Of a stretch of 64,000 bases of DNA, positions 41,129-52,056 are shown one piece after another. The DNA is from Candidatus Latescibacterota bacterium (GTDB lineage: Bacteria > Latescibacterota > UBA2968 > GCA-2709665), in contig OZ244744.1 in the NCBI GenBank assembly GCA_965219455.1, positions 576,001 to 640,000 of the forward strand, read 5' to 3'. The notes below the pieces were generated by a model, which had not been told where the DNA came from, made no database searches, and saw nothing but the letters and a program-made list of their open reading frames with translations. Each line of letters starts with the position of its first letter. The stretch's first letter is position 1. Position numbers and translations under genes: made by a program.

Positions 41129-41965
41129 TTGACCTGGTTGCTGCTCGCGATTCTACTCGATTTCGGCTTTGTCCAGATCTGCAAATTCTCCCAGCGCCGC
41201 GGCTATTACGCGCCCGCCGTCGTATCTGCAAACTATCTCACGCTCTGCGCGGTCCTTGCCGTTTATCTGCTGGCCACGGGTCGGTTCACGTTTTCGGCAG
41301 CCGCTCTGCAGACCGGTCTGATTACCGGCGCGGTATTCATCGGTTCAATGTCATTGATGATGCGCGTCCTGGAAATCGCATCCGTCGGGGCCGTGTTGAC
41401 GGCTTTTCGTATTTCCATTGCGGTGCCCGTTGCCCTGGGAATCTGGCTCTGGCAGGAACCGGTTGTACCCTCTCAATTCGGAGGCATCATACTTGCCTTT
41501 CCCGCGCTGCTGATGATGACCTCGGGCGCGAGGGGGAGCGCCCACGCGACCGGCGCTAAAACCTTCGGCCTGCTGTTCGCGGTTTTTCTCGCCCAGGGCC
41601 TGAGTCACTCCTGCCTGCGTTCGGTTCACTATGCAGGACTCGACGGCGAATTCGTCCAGATCCTGATGGTGATGGGCGCCACCGCGGGCACGATCGGTTT
41701 CACCTTCGTTGCGGGAAGAATGCGTCGCCCCAGGCGGGCCGAACTCGCTATGGGAATGGGCCTCGGCACGTACAACGCAATGGCGCTTTGCGTCATCATG
41801 GTTGCCCTCAGTCGACTGCCCGGCACGCTTTTCTTCCCCGCTTCGGGTTGCAGCGTGATTCTGCTCGACAATCTGAGCGCCCATTTCTTCTGGAAGGAAC
41901 GTCTCAACCGCGTCGCCGCCGCCGGTGTCGGGCTGGCCATACTGGCCGTTGCGCTGGTGATTTAG
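41129..41965 (+). CDS. DMT/EamA-like membrane transporter
   Basis: Multiple hydrophobic helices in two halves; start uncertain. Confidence 0.7.
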   Translation: MTWLLLAILLDFGFVQICKFSQRRGYYAPAVVSANYLTLCAVLAVYLLATGRFTFSAAALQTGLITGAVFIGSMSLMMRVLEIASVGAVLTAFRISIAVPVALGIWLWQEPVVPSQFGGIILAFPALLMMTSGARGSAHATGAKTFGLLFAVFLAQGLSHSCLRSVHYAGLDGEFVQILMVMGATAGTIGFTFVAGRMRRPRRAELAMGMGLGTYNAMALCVIMVALSRLPGTLFFPASGCSVILLDNLSAHFFWKERLNRVAAAGVGLAILAVALVI

Positions 41966-42036
41966 CAGAGGCCCGGATGCGTTTTGGCACGACGCAGGCA
42001 GGTTCGAGGTCGGATGGCGTGGCGCAAGTGCAGATT

Positions 42037-42750
42037 TCAGCAGCAACCTTTGGCTTCCGCCCCCCCATTGGGGTGGCACCGTATGAATTCGTAGAAAAGG
42101 GCGCCGGCAAGTGCACCCAGCACGGGCCCGGCGGCATAGGCCGAAAAATGTTGCCAGTTACCTGAAACAAGTGCCGGGCCCAGGCTGCGGGCGGGATTCA
42201 TGGACGCGCCGCATATCGGGCCGGCAAACATGGCTTCGAACCAGACCGTGCCTCCGATGGCGAGGCCGGCCGCCTGGCCCGTGGCCCGGTAGTCCGTGGC
42301 AACCGCCATAATGACAACCATCAGCAGGAAGGCGAGCAGGAACTCCCAGACGAAGGCGGTGGTCCACGCGCCGTCGAGGGGCTGGGTGACACCCAGATCG
42401 AGGCTGTCGCCAGGTAGCCTGGCTTTCAGGACGGGGGAAAGCGTGAAGAGGTGAATGCTGCTGGCGAGGACAGCGCCCAGGCATTGGGCGGCAATGTACG
42501 GGACAATCTCCCGTTTGGGAAAGTGCCTGGTGAATGAGAACGCGATCGTAACGGCAGGATTGAAGTGCGCGCCGGAGACGTGGCCGGTAGCGTAAACCAT
42601 CGTCATCACGATAAGCCCGAATGAGGTGGCGATGCCCACGTGGGAGACGGCGCCGCCGCTGATCTGATTGACGGCAATGGCGCCGCAGCCGCCCAGTACA
42701 ATGGCGAAGGCGCCGACAAATTCCGCGCCGCATTTCCGCAACAGATTCAT
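42037..42750 (-). CDS. MIP/aquaporin family channel
   Basis: HFNPAVT and SMNPARS NPA motifs; ends in GCC. Confidence 0.92.
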   Translation of the reverse strand: MNLLRKCGAEFVGAFAIVLGGCGAIAVNQISGGAVSHVGIATSFGLIVMTMVYATGHVSGAHFNPAVTIAFSFTRHFPKREIVPYIAAQCLGAVLASSIHLFTLSPVLKARLPGDSLDLGVTQPLDGAWTTAFVWEFLLAFLLMVVIMAVATDYRATGQAAGLAIGGTVWFEAMFAGPICGASMNPARSLGPALVSGNWQHFSAYAAGPVLGALAGALFYEFIRCHPNGGAEAKGCC

Positions 42751-43073
42751 GGTGTCTGCCTCCGTGTGACGTTGAACGGAGTCGTTCCTACGCCCTGCCC
42801 TAAGCCGCTCCCTGAGCCTGTCGAAGGGTCGGCGAAGGGTGGCGACAGCGTGGGCATTTCGACAAGCTCAATGACCACGCTTCGGCAAGCCCAGCGCTGC
42901 AGATGAGAACAAGCGTATGTGATCCCTACGCTTCTTGCATATTACCGGGAGCACTTTATAGTTGACGTCAAATGCCTCTGCAGGGCAGGCAGAAATGTCG
43001 ACTATTTGTCGGCGCAGGCTCAAGATATCGAATTCGCGGACTGGAATCCAGAAGGAAAATCCGGGAGAAAATC

Positions 43074-43808
43074 ATGGTCCTGAAGCGGTTGCTGGTCTTT
43101 CAACATCTGGACGTGGAACATCCCGGCCTCTTTCGCGAATTCTTCGCCGAAGACGGGATCCGGTGGGACGTCGTGGAACTGGATGAGGGCGAGCGCATCC
43201 CGGATCCGGACGCCTACGACGCCCTCTGGGTGATGGGCGGGCCCATGGACGTCTGGGAAGAGGATGTATATCCGTGGTTGATCGAGGAGAAAGCCGCCAT
43301 TCGGTACGCGGTGGTGGAGAGAATGATGCCGTTTGTGGGCATCTGCCTCGGCCACCAGTTGCTGGCGGCGGCCCTCGGAGGTACCGTAGGCCCGAACGAC
43401 AGTCCCGAGGTGGGGGTGATGGATATTTCCCTCACGACCCCTGGCACGGAAAGTGGTTTCTTCCGGGGTTTCCCCTCGACGTTGCCGTGCCTGCAATGGC
43501 ATAGCTCGGCGGTGACGTCGGTTCCGGATGAACTGGAGGTCCTCGCATCGTCGGAGTTGTGCGCGGTTCAGGCGATGCGTATGGGAGATCACGCGATCAC
43601 CGCCCAGTTTCATATCGAGATTACGGAGGATACCATCGAAGAGTGGGGCGCCGTGCCGGCGTACCACAGAGCCCTGGTGGATACGCTGGGAGAAGATGCG
43701 ATGGCGGACTTCGAACGGGCTGTCGTAGGGAAGCTGGATGTCTTCAGGGGATACGCAAGACGGTTTTACGAGAATTGGAAGGAAAAGGCCATAAAATGCA
43801 ATCCTTAA
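43074..43808 (+). CDS. Type 1 glutamine amidotransferase
   Basis: MGGPM, GICLGHQ, QWH and QFHIE motifs. Confidence 0.88.
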   Translation: MVLKRLLVFQHLDVEHPGLFREFFAEDGIRWDVVELDEGERIPDPDAYDALWVMGGPMDVWEEDVYPWLIEEKAAIRYAVVERMMPFVGICLGHQLLAAALGGTVGPNDSPEVGVMDISLTTPGTESGFFRGFPSTLPCLQWHSSAVTSVPDELEVLASSELCAVQAMRMGDHAITAQFHIEITEDTIEEWGAVPAYHRALVDTLGEDAMADFERAVVGKLDVFRGYARRFYENWKEKAIKCNP

Positions 43809-43892
43809 GGACTTTCTGTGGTCCACATTCTGATCCGACGCCCGACTTCGGCTCGGGAAGCCTACACTGGAGGCCGGAACGGTGAATCGCGT

Positions 43893-45470
43893 ATGAGTCA
43901 GCCGGCGCATCCAAACTTCCTATTCATCACGACCGACCAGCAACGCTGGGACGCTGTCGGGATTCACAATCCTGTTCTGCGGACACCGTGCATGGATCGG
44001 CTGGCCCGTGAGGGCGTTCAGTTCAGCCGCATGTATCCGACCAATGCCATATGTATGCCCTCCCGGGCGAGCATGATTACAGGGAGGAGCCAGCGGGGCC
44101 ATCAGGTATTCAACCACGATGTAAACCTGAGCGAGGCCATACCGGTACTGGGCGATTCGCTGCGAGAATCGGGATATGAGACCGCCCTGATCGGCAAGGC
44201 GCATTTCAGGACGGCGGACCTGGAGGACGTGTTGCCCGACCATCCGCCGGACGGAGCGCCTGTGAATCCTGAAAACGATCTCTGGTACGGTCCTTACTAC
44301 GGATTCAACTACGCGGAGTTGCACACGGGCCATGCCTACCCTGCGGGGCATTGGCGCGTATGGCTGGAACAGAACCATCCGGAAGGGTTGATGCTTTGGA
44401 GAAAGGACCATGCCCTTGCGCCCCCCACCGGCGCCTATATGTCGTGGAAGAACGCGCTGCCCGCGGCGTGGCACTATACGCACTGGACCGGTCAGCGCAC
44501 ATTAAACTGGCTGCGGAACCGGGATCCGAGTCAACCGTTCTTCCTTTGGATGTCGTTTGCGGATCCTCATCAGCCCTTCGCGCCTCCACGACCGTATTGC
44601 GATATGTACAGTCCTTCGGACATGCCGGATCCGGTCCCGCCGGAAGACGTACAAAACAAACCGCCGCATTACGGATGGGCCCGTTGCGGAAAGCGCTATG
44701 GAGGGTACAATACGCTGACCGGATGGGATGGCTCGCATTACGGCGAGATCGTGGCGCACTATTATGGATTGACGACGTTTATCGACGATGCCATGGACAA
44801 CGTATTTGAAGAGTTGAATCGGCAGGGTCTGTGGGAGCAGACGCATGTGGTGTTCACCTCGGACCACGGGGAAGGGTTGAAGGACCACGGCATTGCAGCC
44901 AAACCGATGATGTCGTATGAAAGCGTAAACCGTGTGCCGTTCTTCTGGCGGCAACCGTCGGGGGAAAAGAGGCGGGTGTACGATGGCGTCATGACGCAGC
45001 TGGACCTGACGCCGACGTTCCTGGACCTGGCGGGCGCCGAGCCCCTCCCTGGCATGGAAGGACGGTCCTTCGCGGGGGTGCTTCGAGGCGAGGTCCATCG
45101 GCATCGTGAGGCCGTAATTGTGGAGCGGATTTCCGTACTGGCGGAGGGGGCGATGAAGGTGAAGATGCTGGTGACCGAAGACTGGAAACTACTCCACTAT
45201 GGGTCTTCGCCATACGGTGAACTTTACGACGTCCGAAACGATCCCGAGGATTTGAATAATCTGTGGGAGGATCCTGCGTACGCCGAAGTGAAACAGCAGT
45301 TGATCGAGCGCCTGCTGGCAACGCTGATCGACGATGAACTGGGAGACCCAGCATTGATCCTGCCGGCTCGCGCGCCTGGAGGTTCGTTGAGAGACCGTCG
45401 CCTGATGGAACCGCAGCCGGTTGTCAGGGCGGATCTGGATGAGCGGCTGCGGGGGATTATTGAAGGGTAA
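43893..45470 (+). CDS. Sulfatase
   Basis: TDQQR, CMPSR (CxPxR), GKAH and SDHG motifs. Confidence 0.9.
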   Translation: MSQPAHPNFLFITTDQQRWDAVGIHNPVLRTPCMDRLAREGVQFSRMYPTNAICMPSRASMITGRSQRGHQVFNHDVNLSEAIPVLGDSLRESGYETALIGKAHFRTADLEDVLPDHPPDGAPVNPENDLWYGPYYGFNYAELHTGHAYPAGHWRVWLEQNHPEGLMLWRKDHALAPPTGAYMSWKNALPAAWHYTHWTGQRTLNWLRNRDPSQPFFLWMSFADPHQPFAPPRPYCDMYSPSDMPDPVPPEDVQNKPPHYGWARCGKRYGGYNTLTGWDGSHYGEIVAHYYGLTTFIDDAMDNVFEELNRQGLWEQTHVVFTSDHGEGLKDHGIAAKPMMSYESVNRVPFFWRQPSGEKRRVYDGVMTQLDLTPTFLDLAGAEPLPGMEGRSFAGVLRGEVHRHREAVIVERISVLAEGAMKVKMLVTEDWKLLHYGSSPYGELYDVRNDPEDLNNLWEDPAYAEVKQQLIERLLATLIDDELGDPALILPARAPGGSLRDRRLMEPQPVVRADLDERLRGIIEG

Positions 45471-45536
45471 AGCGATCGCGGTTTGTGCCGGCCGGACGCG
45501 ACGAGGACGGGAGACGGGCCCCACCGTAGCGTCCCA

Positions 45537-47408
45537 TTACGAAATTTCCCAGCTGTAAAGATGCGAGTCGCTGGTGAAATAGATACGGCCGTCCAGAAAG
45601 TCACCCCCGTTGCTGACGGGCACCGGTGACGGGGCGCACAGGTCGATCGCGAACGTGCCGCTTTCGATGCGGGCGATGCCTTTTTCGAATAGAATGTAGA
45701 CGGTATCGTCAGGCGCCGTCACGAAGACGCGCGGCCCCTGCTGATGCGCCGTTGGTCCGAATGCCCTTTCCGTTTCTTCCTGATGAACGACTTCGCGTCT
45801 GTCGGGACAAAAGACGAAAAATCGCACCTGGTCAACGAAACCGTAAACAAGACCGTCGTGCCCGTTGCACAGGTCCGTGTATTCCTGCGCCCCGGGGAAT
45901 AGAACCTCACGCCACGCCACCTTTCCGTCGGCCATGTCGAAAATGTAGAGTTCGGCTTCGACAGCCTTCTGCTCTCCGCCGGTTCCCGGACTGGTTGTCG
46001 TGCCGCCCAGCAGCTTCCCGCCCGGCAGAGCGGCCAGGCTTGCCGTTGAGTGATCCGGCAACAGGTCGTTATGTTCCAGAAGGGTCCCGGTTCGCCTGTC
46101 GCAATTCCAGATGAGCAGGCCGCCGCCCGTATAGCCGTAGCCAGGGGTACCGGCCACCACCAGCGTTTTGCCGTCGGGATGGACGAGCAGCTTGTGCGGG
46201 CGATGCAGGGTGGGCGTACAGATCCGGTGGAAGAAGGGATTCGAGGCGGGGTTCTCCTTTTCCGTAGTCACCCAGGGTTTGGATGGATCCCATTCCAGGA
46301 GGGAGCCGCTGCCGTACCCGCCCACGAAGAAGCGGTCTCCCTGGCGGCCCACGGTATTCCATTGGCCGAAGCTCTCCCTCTCGATCCAGGTGTCGGTTTC
46401 GGGTTGATAGCTGAAAGTGCGCCTCGGGAAAAACGTGCCCCCGCAGATGCTCCCGTCCGGCGCGGCAGCGACGCCCATGATGTGTGCGCCCTCGCTCGCG
46501 TAGTCGAACGACACGTCCGGCGATTGCACGCCATCCGGGCCCTCCACGGATAACACGCGATCGACGAGACAGCATTTCAGAAGTGTGCTCCCGTCGGGGA
46601 AGTTTGGATGGACGTGGCCGGCATCTCCTGCAATATAGGGCTTTTCTCGCCTTTTCCGCCTGGGTACCGCCTTGCGTTCACCCCGGTGGAGTTCGTACCA
46701 CGATTCCGCGTCCGGGTTGTCCCCGGGCCATGGGGTTCCGGTCGGTGGAAGCGCGTAGACGCTACCGTTGAGGTCCCGGTAAACGGACGCGCTTCCTCGG
46801 GAACGTTCGTGCTCCGCCAGCAGCGGCGCCGCGTTTTCACGTTCCCTGTCAAACGCAATGATCTGGCACAGGGTCGTGCCGATGCCGAAGTAAATCCAGC
46901 CGGCGTCGTCCGCGGCAAGGGTGGTGGGATACTGGCGCCAGTTCTGGTCGTACAGGTGCCCGTAGTCCCGGAAGTCTCCGCTATCCGGATCGTAGGACGC
47001 GAGCCCGCTATCCGGATAGGTGGAAGACCAGATCACTCCCGTGTCGTCTTCGGTCAATCCCATCGCCATGCGGGGGGCGGTTTCGTGGCAAAACGTGTAG
47101 CCCAGCGCATTGACGTCGAACTCCACGAAGTAGCCGTTGAAGTGGGTGTAGAACCGATTCCGGCTCGAAAGGAGCGAGGCATACGGGCAATCGCCTCCGG
47201 GCGGAAAGGGCACGGGGAACTCCCGGCTTTCGCCGGTCGCGGCATCGATGACCAGCAGCGCGTACCCGCCCCGATGGTCGAACAGCCAGACGAGAACCAC
47301 GTTCCGGCCGTCGCCGTCCGCGGCGGCAACGGTACCCCTGGGGTGGCTGCTGGTGGTGGCGGGGCCGTGATGGCGGAAATTGTGGGCGAGCACCCGGGTT
47401 GATCTCAT
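45537..47408 (-). CDS. Hypothetical beta-propeller-like protein
   Basis: Repeated beta-rich blades with G..Y/W motifs; no confident family. Confidence 0.6.
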   Translation of the reverse strand: MRSTRVLAHNFRHHGPATTSSHPRGTVAAADGDGRNVVLVWLFDHRGGYALLVIDAATGESREFPVPFPPGGDCPYASLLSSRNRFYTHFNGYFVEFDVNALGYTFCHETAPRMAMGLTEDDTGVIWSSTYPDSGLASYDPDSGDFRDYGHLYDQNWRQYPTTLAADDAGWIYFGIGTTLCQIIAFDRERENAAPLLAEHERSRGSASVYRDLNGSVYALPPTGTPWPGDNPDAESWYELHRGERKAVPRRKRREKPYIAGDAGHVHPNFPDGSTLLKCCLVDRVLSVEGPDGVQSPDVSFDYASEGAHIMGVAAAPDGSICGGTFFPRRTFSYQPETDTWIERESFGQWNTVGRQGDRFFVGGYGSGSLLEWDPSKPWVTTEKENPASNPFFHRICTPTLHRPHKLLVHPDGKTLVVAGTPGYGYTGGGLLIWNCDRRTGTLLEHNDLLPDHSTASLAALPGGKLLGGTTTSPGTGGEQKAVEAELYIFDMADGKVAWREVLFPGAQEYTDLCNGHDGLVYGFVDQVRFFVFCPDRREVVHQEETERAFGPTAHQQGPRVFVTAPDDTVYILFEKGIARIESGTFAIDLCAPSPVPVSNGGDFLDGRIYFTSDSHLYSWEIS

Positions 47409-47613
47409 CCCTTTGCCTCTTCTTCCTGATCTGGTGTGTGTCGTGCGTTGACGGAAAGATGTCCGTACTCCAACACCTGCCGAATGGCCTGCATCGGTAT
47501 CATGCGTTTGCAGCAAATGAATGTCAATCGAAATGCGGAAGTCCGTTGTATGAAACGAACCGCATGGGCGGATGGTCCGCCTATTGCAAGCCCTTACAAG
47601 GGGAGGTCTTCAA

Positions 47614-48402
47614 ATGAACATGGGATTGACGGACAAGGTGGCGGTCGTCGGGGGCGCAAGCCGTGGCCTGGGGAGAGGTTGCGCGATGGCGCTTGCCCGG
47701 GAGGGGGCGCGGGTCGCCATTTGTGCGAGGAACGAGAGCCGCCTGGAAGCAGCGGCCGCCGAGATCAGGGCGGCGACCGGATCGCACGTGCTAACCGTTG
47801 CCGGGGATCTCTCCGCTGAGGAGACCGTGGATCGACTGACGCGGAAGACCGTGGAGACGTTCGGCGGTATCGATATTGTCGTGAACAATTCCGGAGGCCC
47901 GCCCGCCGCTCCGTTTGCTCAAGTGACGGAAGCAATGTGGCGGGAGTACACGGATCTGATCCTGAATTACGTGCTCCGGATGTGCAGGCGGGTCGTCCCG
48001 CTGATGCAGGCGCGGGGAGGCGGGAGGATAATCAACCTGTGCGCATTCGCGGTCAAGCAGCCTGCCGGAAATACGGTGTCTAATGTGTTGCGGACGGCGG
48101 TTGTGGGCGCGGCGAAGACCCTCGCAAACGAATATGCGCGCGATCGGATTCTCATAAACAACGTGTGCACGGGGTTTATCGACACCGAGCTTCTGAGGGA
48201 GGAGTTCGAGGAAGCCGCCAGGGCGAATGGAACTTCGGTTCAGGACGAGATGCGGCCGTTGGCAGAAGAAGTCCCGCTGGGCCGCCTGGGAACGGTGCAG
48301 GAACTGTCCGATTACGTTGTATTCCTGGCATCGGACCGTTCGAGCTATATTACGGGCACGTCGCTGCAGGTGGACGGGGGTCTTGTCAAGTCGCTTCTGT
48401 AA
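47614..48402 (+). CDS. SDR family oxidoreductase
   Basis: GASRGLG, NNSG and ITGTSLQVDGG motifs; GGAGG RBS. Confidence 0.9.
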   Translation: MNMGLTDKVAVVGGASRGLGRGCAMALAREGARVAICARNESRLEAAAAEIRAATGSHVLTVAGDLSAEETVDRLTRKTVETFGGIDIVVNNSGGPPAAPFAQVTEAMWREYTDLILNYVLRMCRRVVPLMQARGGGRIINLCAFAVKQPAGNTVSNVLRTAVVGAAKTLANEYARDRILINNVCTGFIDTELLREEFEEAARANGTSVQDEMRPLAEEVPLGRLGTVQELSDYVVFLASDRSSYITGTSLQVDGGLVKSLL

Positions 48403-48855
48403 CCGGATCCGCGGGGTACATGCGGCATATTCGCGGCTGCCTACGGGAATGCCGTCAGAAACCTGGATGCGGGTAGAACACGGACCCCCGTACCGTGACT
48501 GTAGTAGTCGTCTCTCTCGGATAGCGCACCGAACTACAAAAATGTCAAGACAAATTTGCAGTTGGATGCAAAATTGTCAACGTCCTGATCCTCGAATTCG
48601 CCCCTTACTTCCGGTTAGAGACAGCGTGTGCGCATCGTCGAAACGAGCTTGTTTAAGCGAACTTGTCGAAGCGTGTTCATTGCGTGTCGGGCTTGTCGAA
48701 ATGCCCACCATTCGTTACCTGTTCGCTCTTCACAGTCCTTTGCGACCCTTCGACAGCCCTTCGACAAGCTCAGGGCAAGGCTCAGGGCAGGAATAGGGGC
48801 CCTTGCTCAGGGCGTCGACTCAATGCCGTGGGGTACCTGCGACGGGAAGGCCGTT

Positions 48856-51800
48856 TCAGTCATCTGCGGTACGGGGTGAGAGGTCGGTCTCCGCGGCCGG
48901 CAGGCGGCCGAACAACCGGGCGACGGCGTGCCTCACGTCTTCCAGGATGGCGTAAGTGACGGGAACCAGAATCAGGATAACGGCGGTACCAAAGATGACG
49001 CCGAAGCCCAGAGAGGTCGCCATAGGGATGAGGAACTGGGCCTGCAGGCTGGTCTCAAAGAGCAGCGGTGAAAGGCCGCCGAAGGTCGTGAGAGACGTGA
49101 GGATGATGGGCCGGAAGCGGGCCACGCCGGCTTCGCGGATGGCTTCTTCCAGGCTGTTTCCCGCCGCGCGACGGCGGTTGATGAAGTCCACGAGGACGAG
49201 GCTGTCGTTGATGACCACGCCGGACAGTGCGACCAGACCGAATAGCGATAGAATGGTGAGGTCCAGGCCCATTATGATATGGCCCCAAATGGCGCCCACA
49301 AACCCGAAGGGGATAACGGCCATGATAATGAACGGCTGGAGATAGGATCGGAAAGGGATCGCGAGCAGGCCGAAGATGACAATGAGGGCGACGCCGAAGC
49401 TTCGCGATAGGCCGGAGACGGTTTCCTGCTGCTCCCGCTGCTCGCCTTCGAGGCTGTAGCGTACGCGGGGGTGGTCCGCCACAATGGCCGGGAGCACCTG
49501 CGACGTGACGTCGCCCAGAATCTCATTGGCATTGGCTCTGTTCCGGTCGACATCGGCCGTTACGTTTACAATTCGCTGGCGGTCGGTGCGATTGATGGCG
49601 GCGTAGCCCCTGCCGAGTTCGGTCCGGGCGGCAACGGAGAAGGGCACTTCGGCGCCTTCCGGCGTCCGGATGCGCATGGTCTCCAGGTTATTCAACGACC
49701 GCCGCTCGCTCTCGGGATAGCGTACCATCACCCGAACGTCGTCCCTTCCCCTCTGGATGCGCTGCGCTTCTTCGCCGTAGAACGCCTGGCGCACCTGCCG
49801 AGCCAGGTCGGACATGGTGAGGCCAAGCAGGCGCGCCTCTTCGGTCAGCGCGAGTTTAACCTCCTTCTTGCCCGGACGAAACGAGTCGGCAATGTCCAGC
49901 ACGCCCGGGTACTCCGCGAGTTTGCTCTTTAACTTTTCCGCCGCGGCCCGGAGTTCGGCGTAGTCAGGGCCGGTAAGCTGGATGTTGATGGGATCGCCCG
50001 CGGAAAAGAGGGACGAGGTGAACGTCAGTTCCGTTGCATCGGAAATGGGTCCGGTAAGTTCGCGCCAGCGCCTCGCGATTTCGACGCTGCTGACGGTTCG
50101 CTCCTCGGCGGGCGTGAGTTCAACGTTGACCTCGCCCAGGTGCGCACCGGAGTAAGCGGCATTCCCACCCTGAAACCGGCGCTGCGCCGTCCTGAGGGGC
50201 TGATCCCCCACAACAGCCCACATATGCATGAAGATTTTCTGATCGCTTTCAGATTCCAGTTCGCGCTGAAGCCGAATGGCGGACGATTCAAGGCGGCTGA
50301 CGGCCCGCGCGGTCGTCTCGGCGGGTGTTCCCTGCGGCATCGTCAGGTTCGCCGCCACGTTGTCTGCCGGGACCTGGGGGAAGAACAGGAATTGAATCCA
50401 GCCGCCGACAATGAGTCCGGCCGTCAGTGTCAGCGCGGCCACACCCACTGACGCGCTGAGGTAACGCCACTCCAGGCAGCGTTCGAGCAGCGGGCGGTAA
50501 ACCCGATGGATGAGCCCTTCCACGCGAGTTGAAAAACCGTCTCGAAACGCCCTCAACAACCGGCCGATAGGGCCGGTTGTTTTTTTTCTGCCACGCAGCC
50601 TGACGTGCGCCAGGTGGGCGGGAAGAATGAACAGGGATTCCACCAGTGAAAACACCAGGGTAAGGATGACGATCTCGGGGATCAGTCTCATGATCTTGCC
50701 GGTGTTGCCCGGAACCATCAACAGGGGCGAAAACGCGGCAATGGAGGTCAACACGGCAAAGGTGACCGGCACGGCGACTTCCTGGGCGCCGGCGATGGCG
50801 CCGCGCAGGCCGTGTTCGCCCTGCTGAAACCGCCGGTAGATGTTTTCGCCGACGACGATTGCGTCGTCGACAACGATGCCCAGCACCACGATGAATGCAA
50901 ACAGCGAGATCACATTGATGGACGCGCCGATGGACGGCATCACCCAGATGGCGCCAAGGAAGGAGATGGGAATCCCCAGGGCGATCCAGAAGGCCAGGCG
51001 AAGCCTCAGAAACATGGCCAGGATGAAGAGGACCAGGATGAAACCGCCCCGCCCGTTCTTCAGCATCAGGTTCAGCCGGCCCTCCAGAATCCTGGAGAAA
51101 TCGGCGTAGACGGTCAGGGAAATGCCCTCGGGCATGCGGGATTCCGCCGATTTGACGTATTCCTTGACATTTCGGGAGATTTCAAGCGCATCCTGGTCGC
51201 CCACCCGAAAGACCTGTACAATCACACCGGGTTCCAGGTCGAAACGTCCGGTTAGATCCGCGTCCGCAAATCCGTCCACAACCCTGGCAACGTCGCCCAC
51301 GGTGAGCACGGTCCCGTCAGGCCGGGTGCGCAGGACGATGTTTTCAAAGGCCGGCCCCCGGTAGGCCTGCCCTTTTGCCCGCAACAGGATTTCGCCGCCT
51401 TCCGTTTTGATGGCGCCGCCCGGCAGGTCCAGCGAGGAGCGGCGTACGGCCCGGACGACTTCGTCAATGGTCAGGCTGAATCGCCTCAGCGCGGATTCGG
51501 AGACTTCGATGGAAACCTCGTACGGGCGCGCGCCGCTGAGTACCGCCAGGGTAATTCCGGGTATGGCCGTGATCTCGTCGCGCACCTGCTCACCCAGGTA
51601 TTTGAGCGTGGCTTCGTCGGCGTTGCCGGAAACGGCCACGTTGATCACCTGGCGACGCAACACGACTTCCTGGATGACGGGTTGTTCGGTTTCGTCGGGA
51701 AACGTGTCGATCCCGTCAACGGCGGACTTGACATCTTCCAGCAACTTGCGGGCATCCGCGCCGGGCTTGAGTTCGATGTTGACGCTGCCCCGATTTTCGG

Positions 51801-52056
51801 AAGCGGTGGAACGAATGCGTTTGATGCCTTCCAGACTCTGCACCGCCTCCTCGATCCGCACACAGACGCCTTCTTCCACTTCCTCCGGCGCCGCACCGCG
51901 ATAAACGACTGAAACCGAGATGACGTCGGACGAGAATTCCGGAAAATGCTCGACTTCGAGGCTGGAAATCGTGAGTATGCCGCTGGCCAGGATAATAACC
52001 ATGAGCAGATTCGCGGCGACGCTGTTTTCGGCGAACCAGGCGATTGCGCGATTCAT
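48856..52056 (-). CDS. RND efflux permease subunit
   Basis: GIVVDDAIVVGE and RFRPIILTSLTT motifs; 1066 aa. Confidence 0.93.
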   Translation of the reverse strand: MNRAIAWFAENSVAANLLMVIILASGILTISSLEVEHFPEFSSDVISVSVVYRGAAPEEVEEGVCVRIEEAVQSLEGIKRIRSTASENRGSVNIELKPGADARKLLEDVKSAVDGIDTFPDETEQPVIQEVVLRRQVINVAVSGNADEATLKYLGEQVRDEITAIPGITLAVLSGARPYEVSIEVSESALRRFSLTIDEVVRAVRRSSLDLPGGAIKTEGGEILLRAKGQAYRGPAFENIVLRTRPDGTVLTVGDVARVVDGFADADLTGRFDLEPGVIVQVFRVGDQDALEISRNVKEYVKSAESRMPEGISLTVYADFSRILEGRLNLMLKNGRGGFILVLFILAMFLRLRLAFWIALGIPISFLGAIWVMPSIGASINVISLFAFIVVLGIVVDDAIVVGENIYRRFQQGEHGLRGAIAGAQEVAVPVTFAVLTSIAAFSPLLMVPGNTGKIMRLIPEIVILTLVFSLVESLFILPAHLAHVRLRGRKKTTGPIGRLLRAFRDGFSTRVEGLIHRVYRPLLERCLEWRYLSASVGVAALTLTAGLIVGGWIQFLFFPQVPADNVAANLTMPQGTPAETTARAVSRLESSAIRLQRELESESDQKIFMHMWAVVGDQPLRTAQRRFQGGNAAYSGAHLGEVNVELTPAEERTVSSVEIARRWRELTGPISDATELTFTSSLFSAGDPINIQLTGPDYAELRAAAEKLKSKLAEYPGVLDIADSFRPGKKEVKLALTEEARLLGLTMSDLARQVRQAFYGEEAQRIQRGRDDVRVMVRYPESERRSLNNLETMRIRTPEGAEVPFSVAARTELGRGYAAINRTDRQRIVNVTADVDRNRANANEILGDVTSQVLPAIVADHPRVRYSLEGEQREQQETVSGLSRSFGVALIVIFGLLAIPFRSYLQPFIIMAVIPFGFVGAIWGHIIMGLDLTILSLFGLVALSGVVINDSLVLVDFINRRRAAGNSLEEAIREAGVARFRPIILTSLTTFGGLSPLLFETSLQAQFLIPMATSLGFGVIFGTAVILILVPVTYAILEDVRHAVARLFGRLPAAETDLSPRTADD

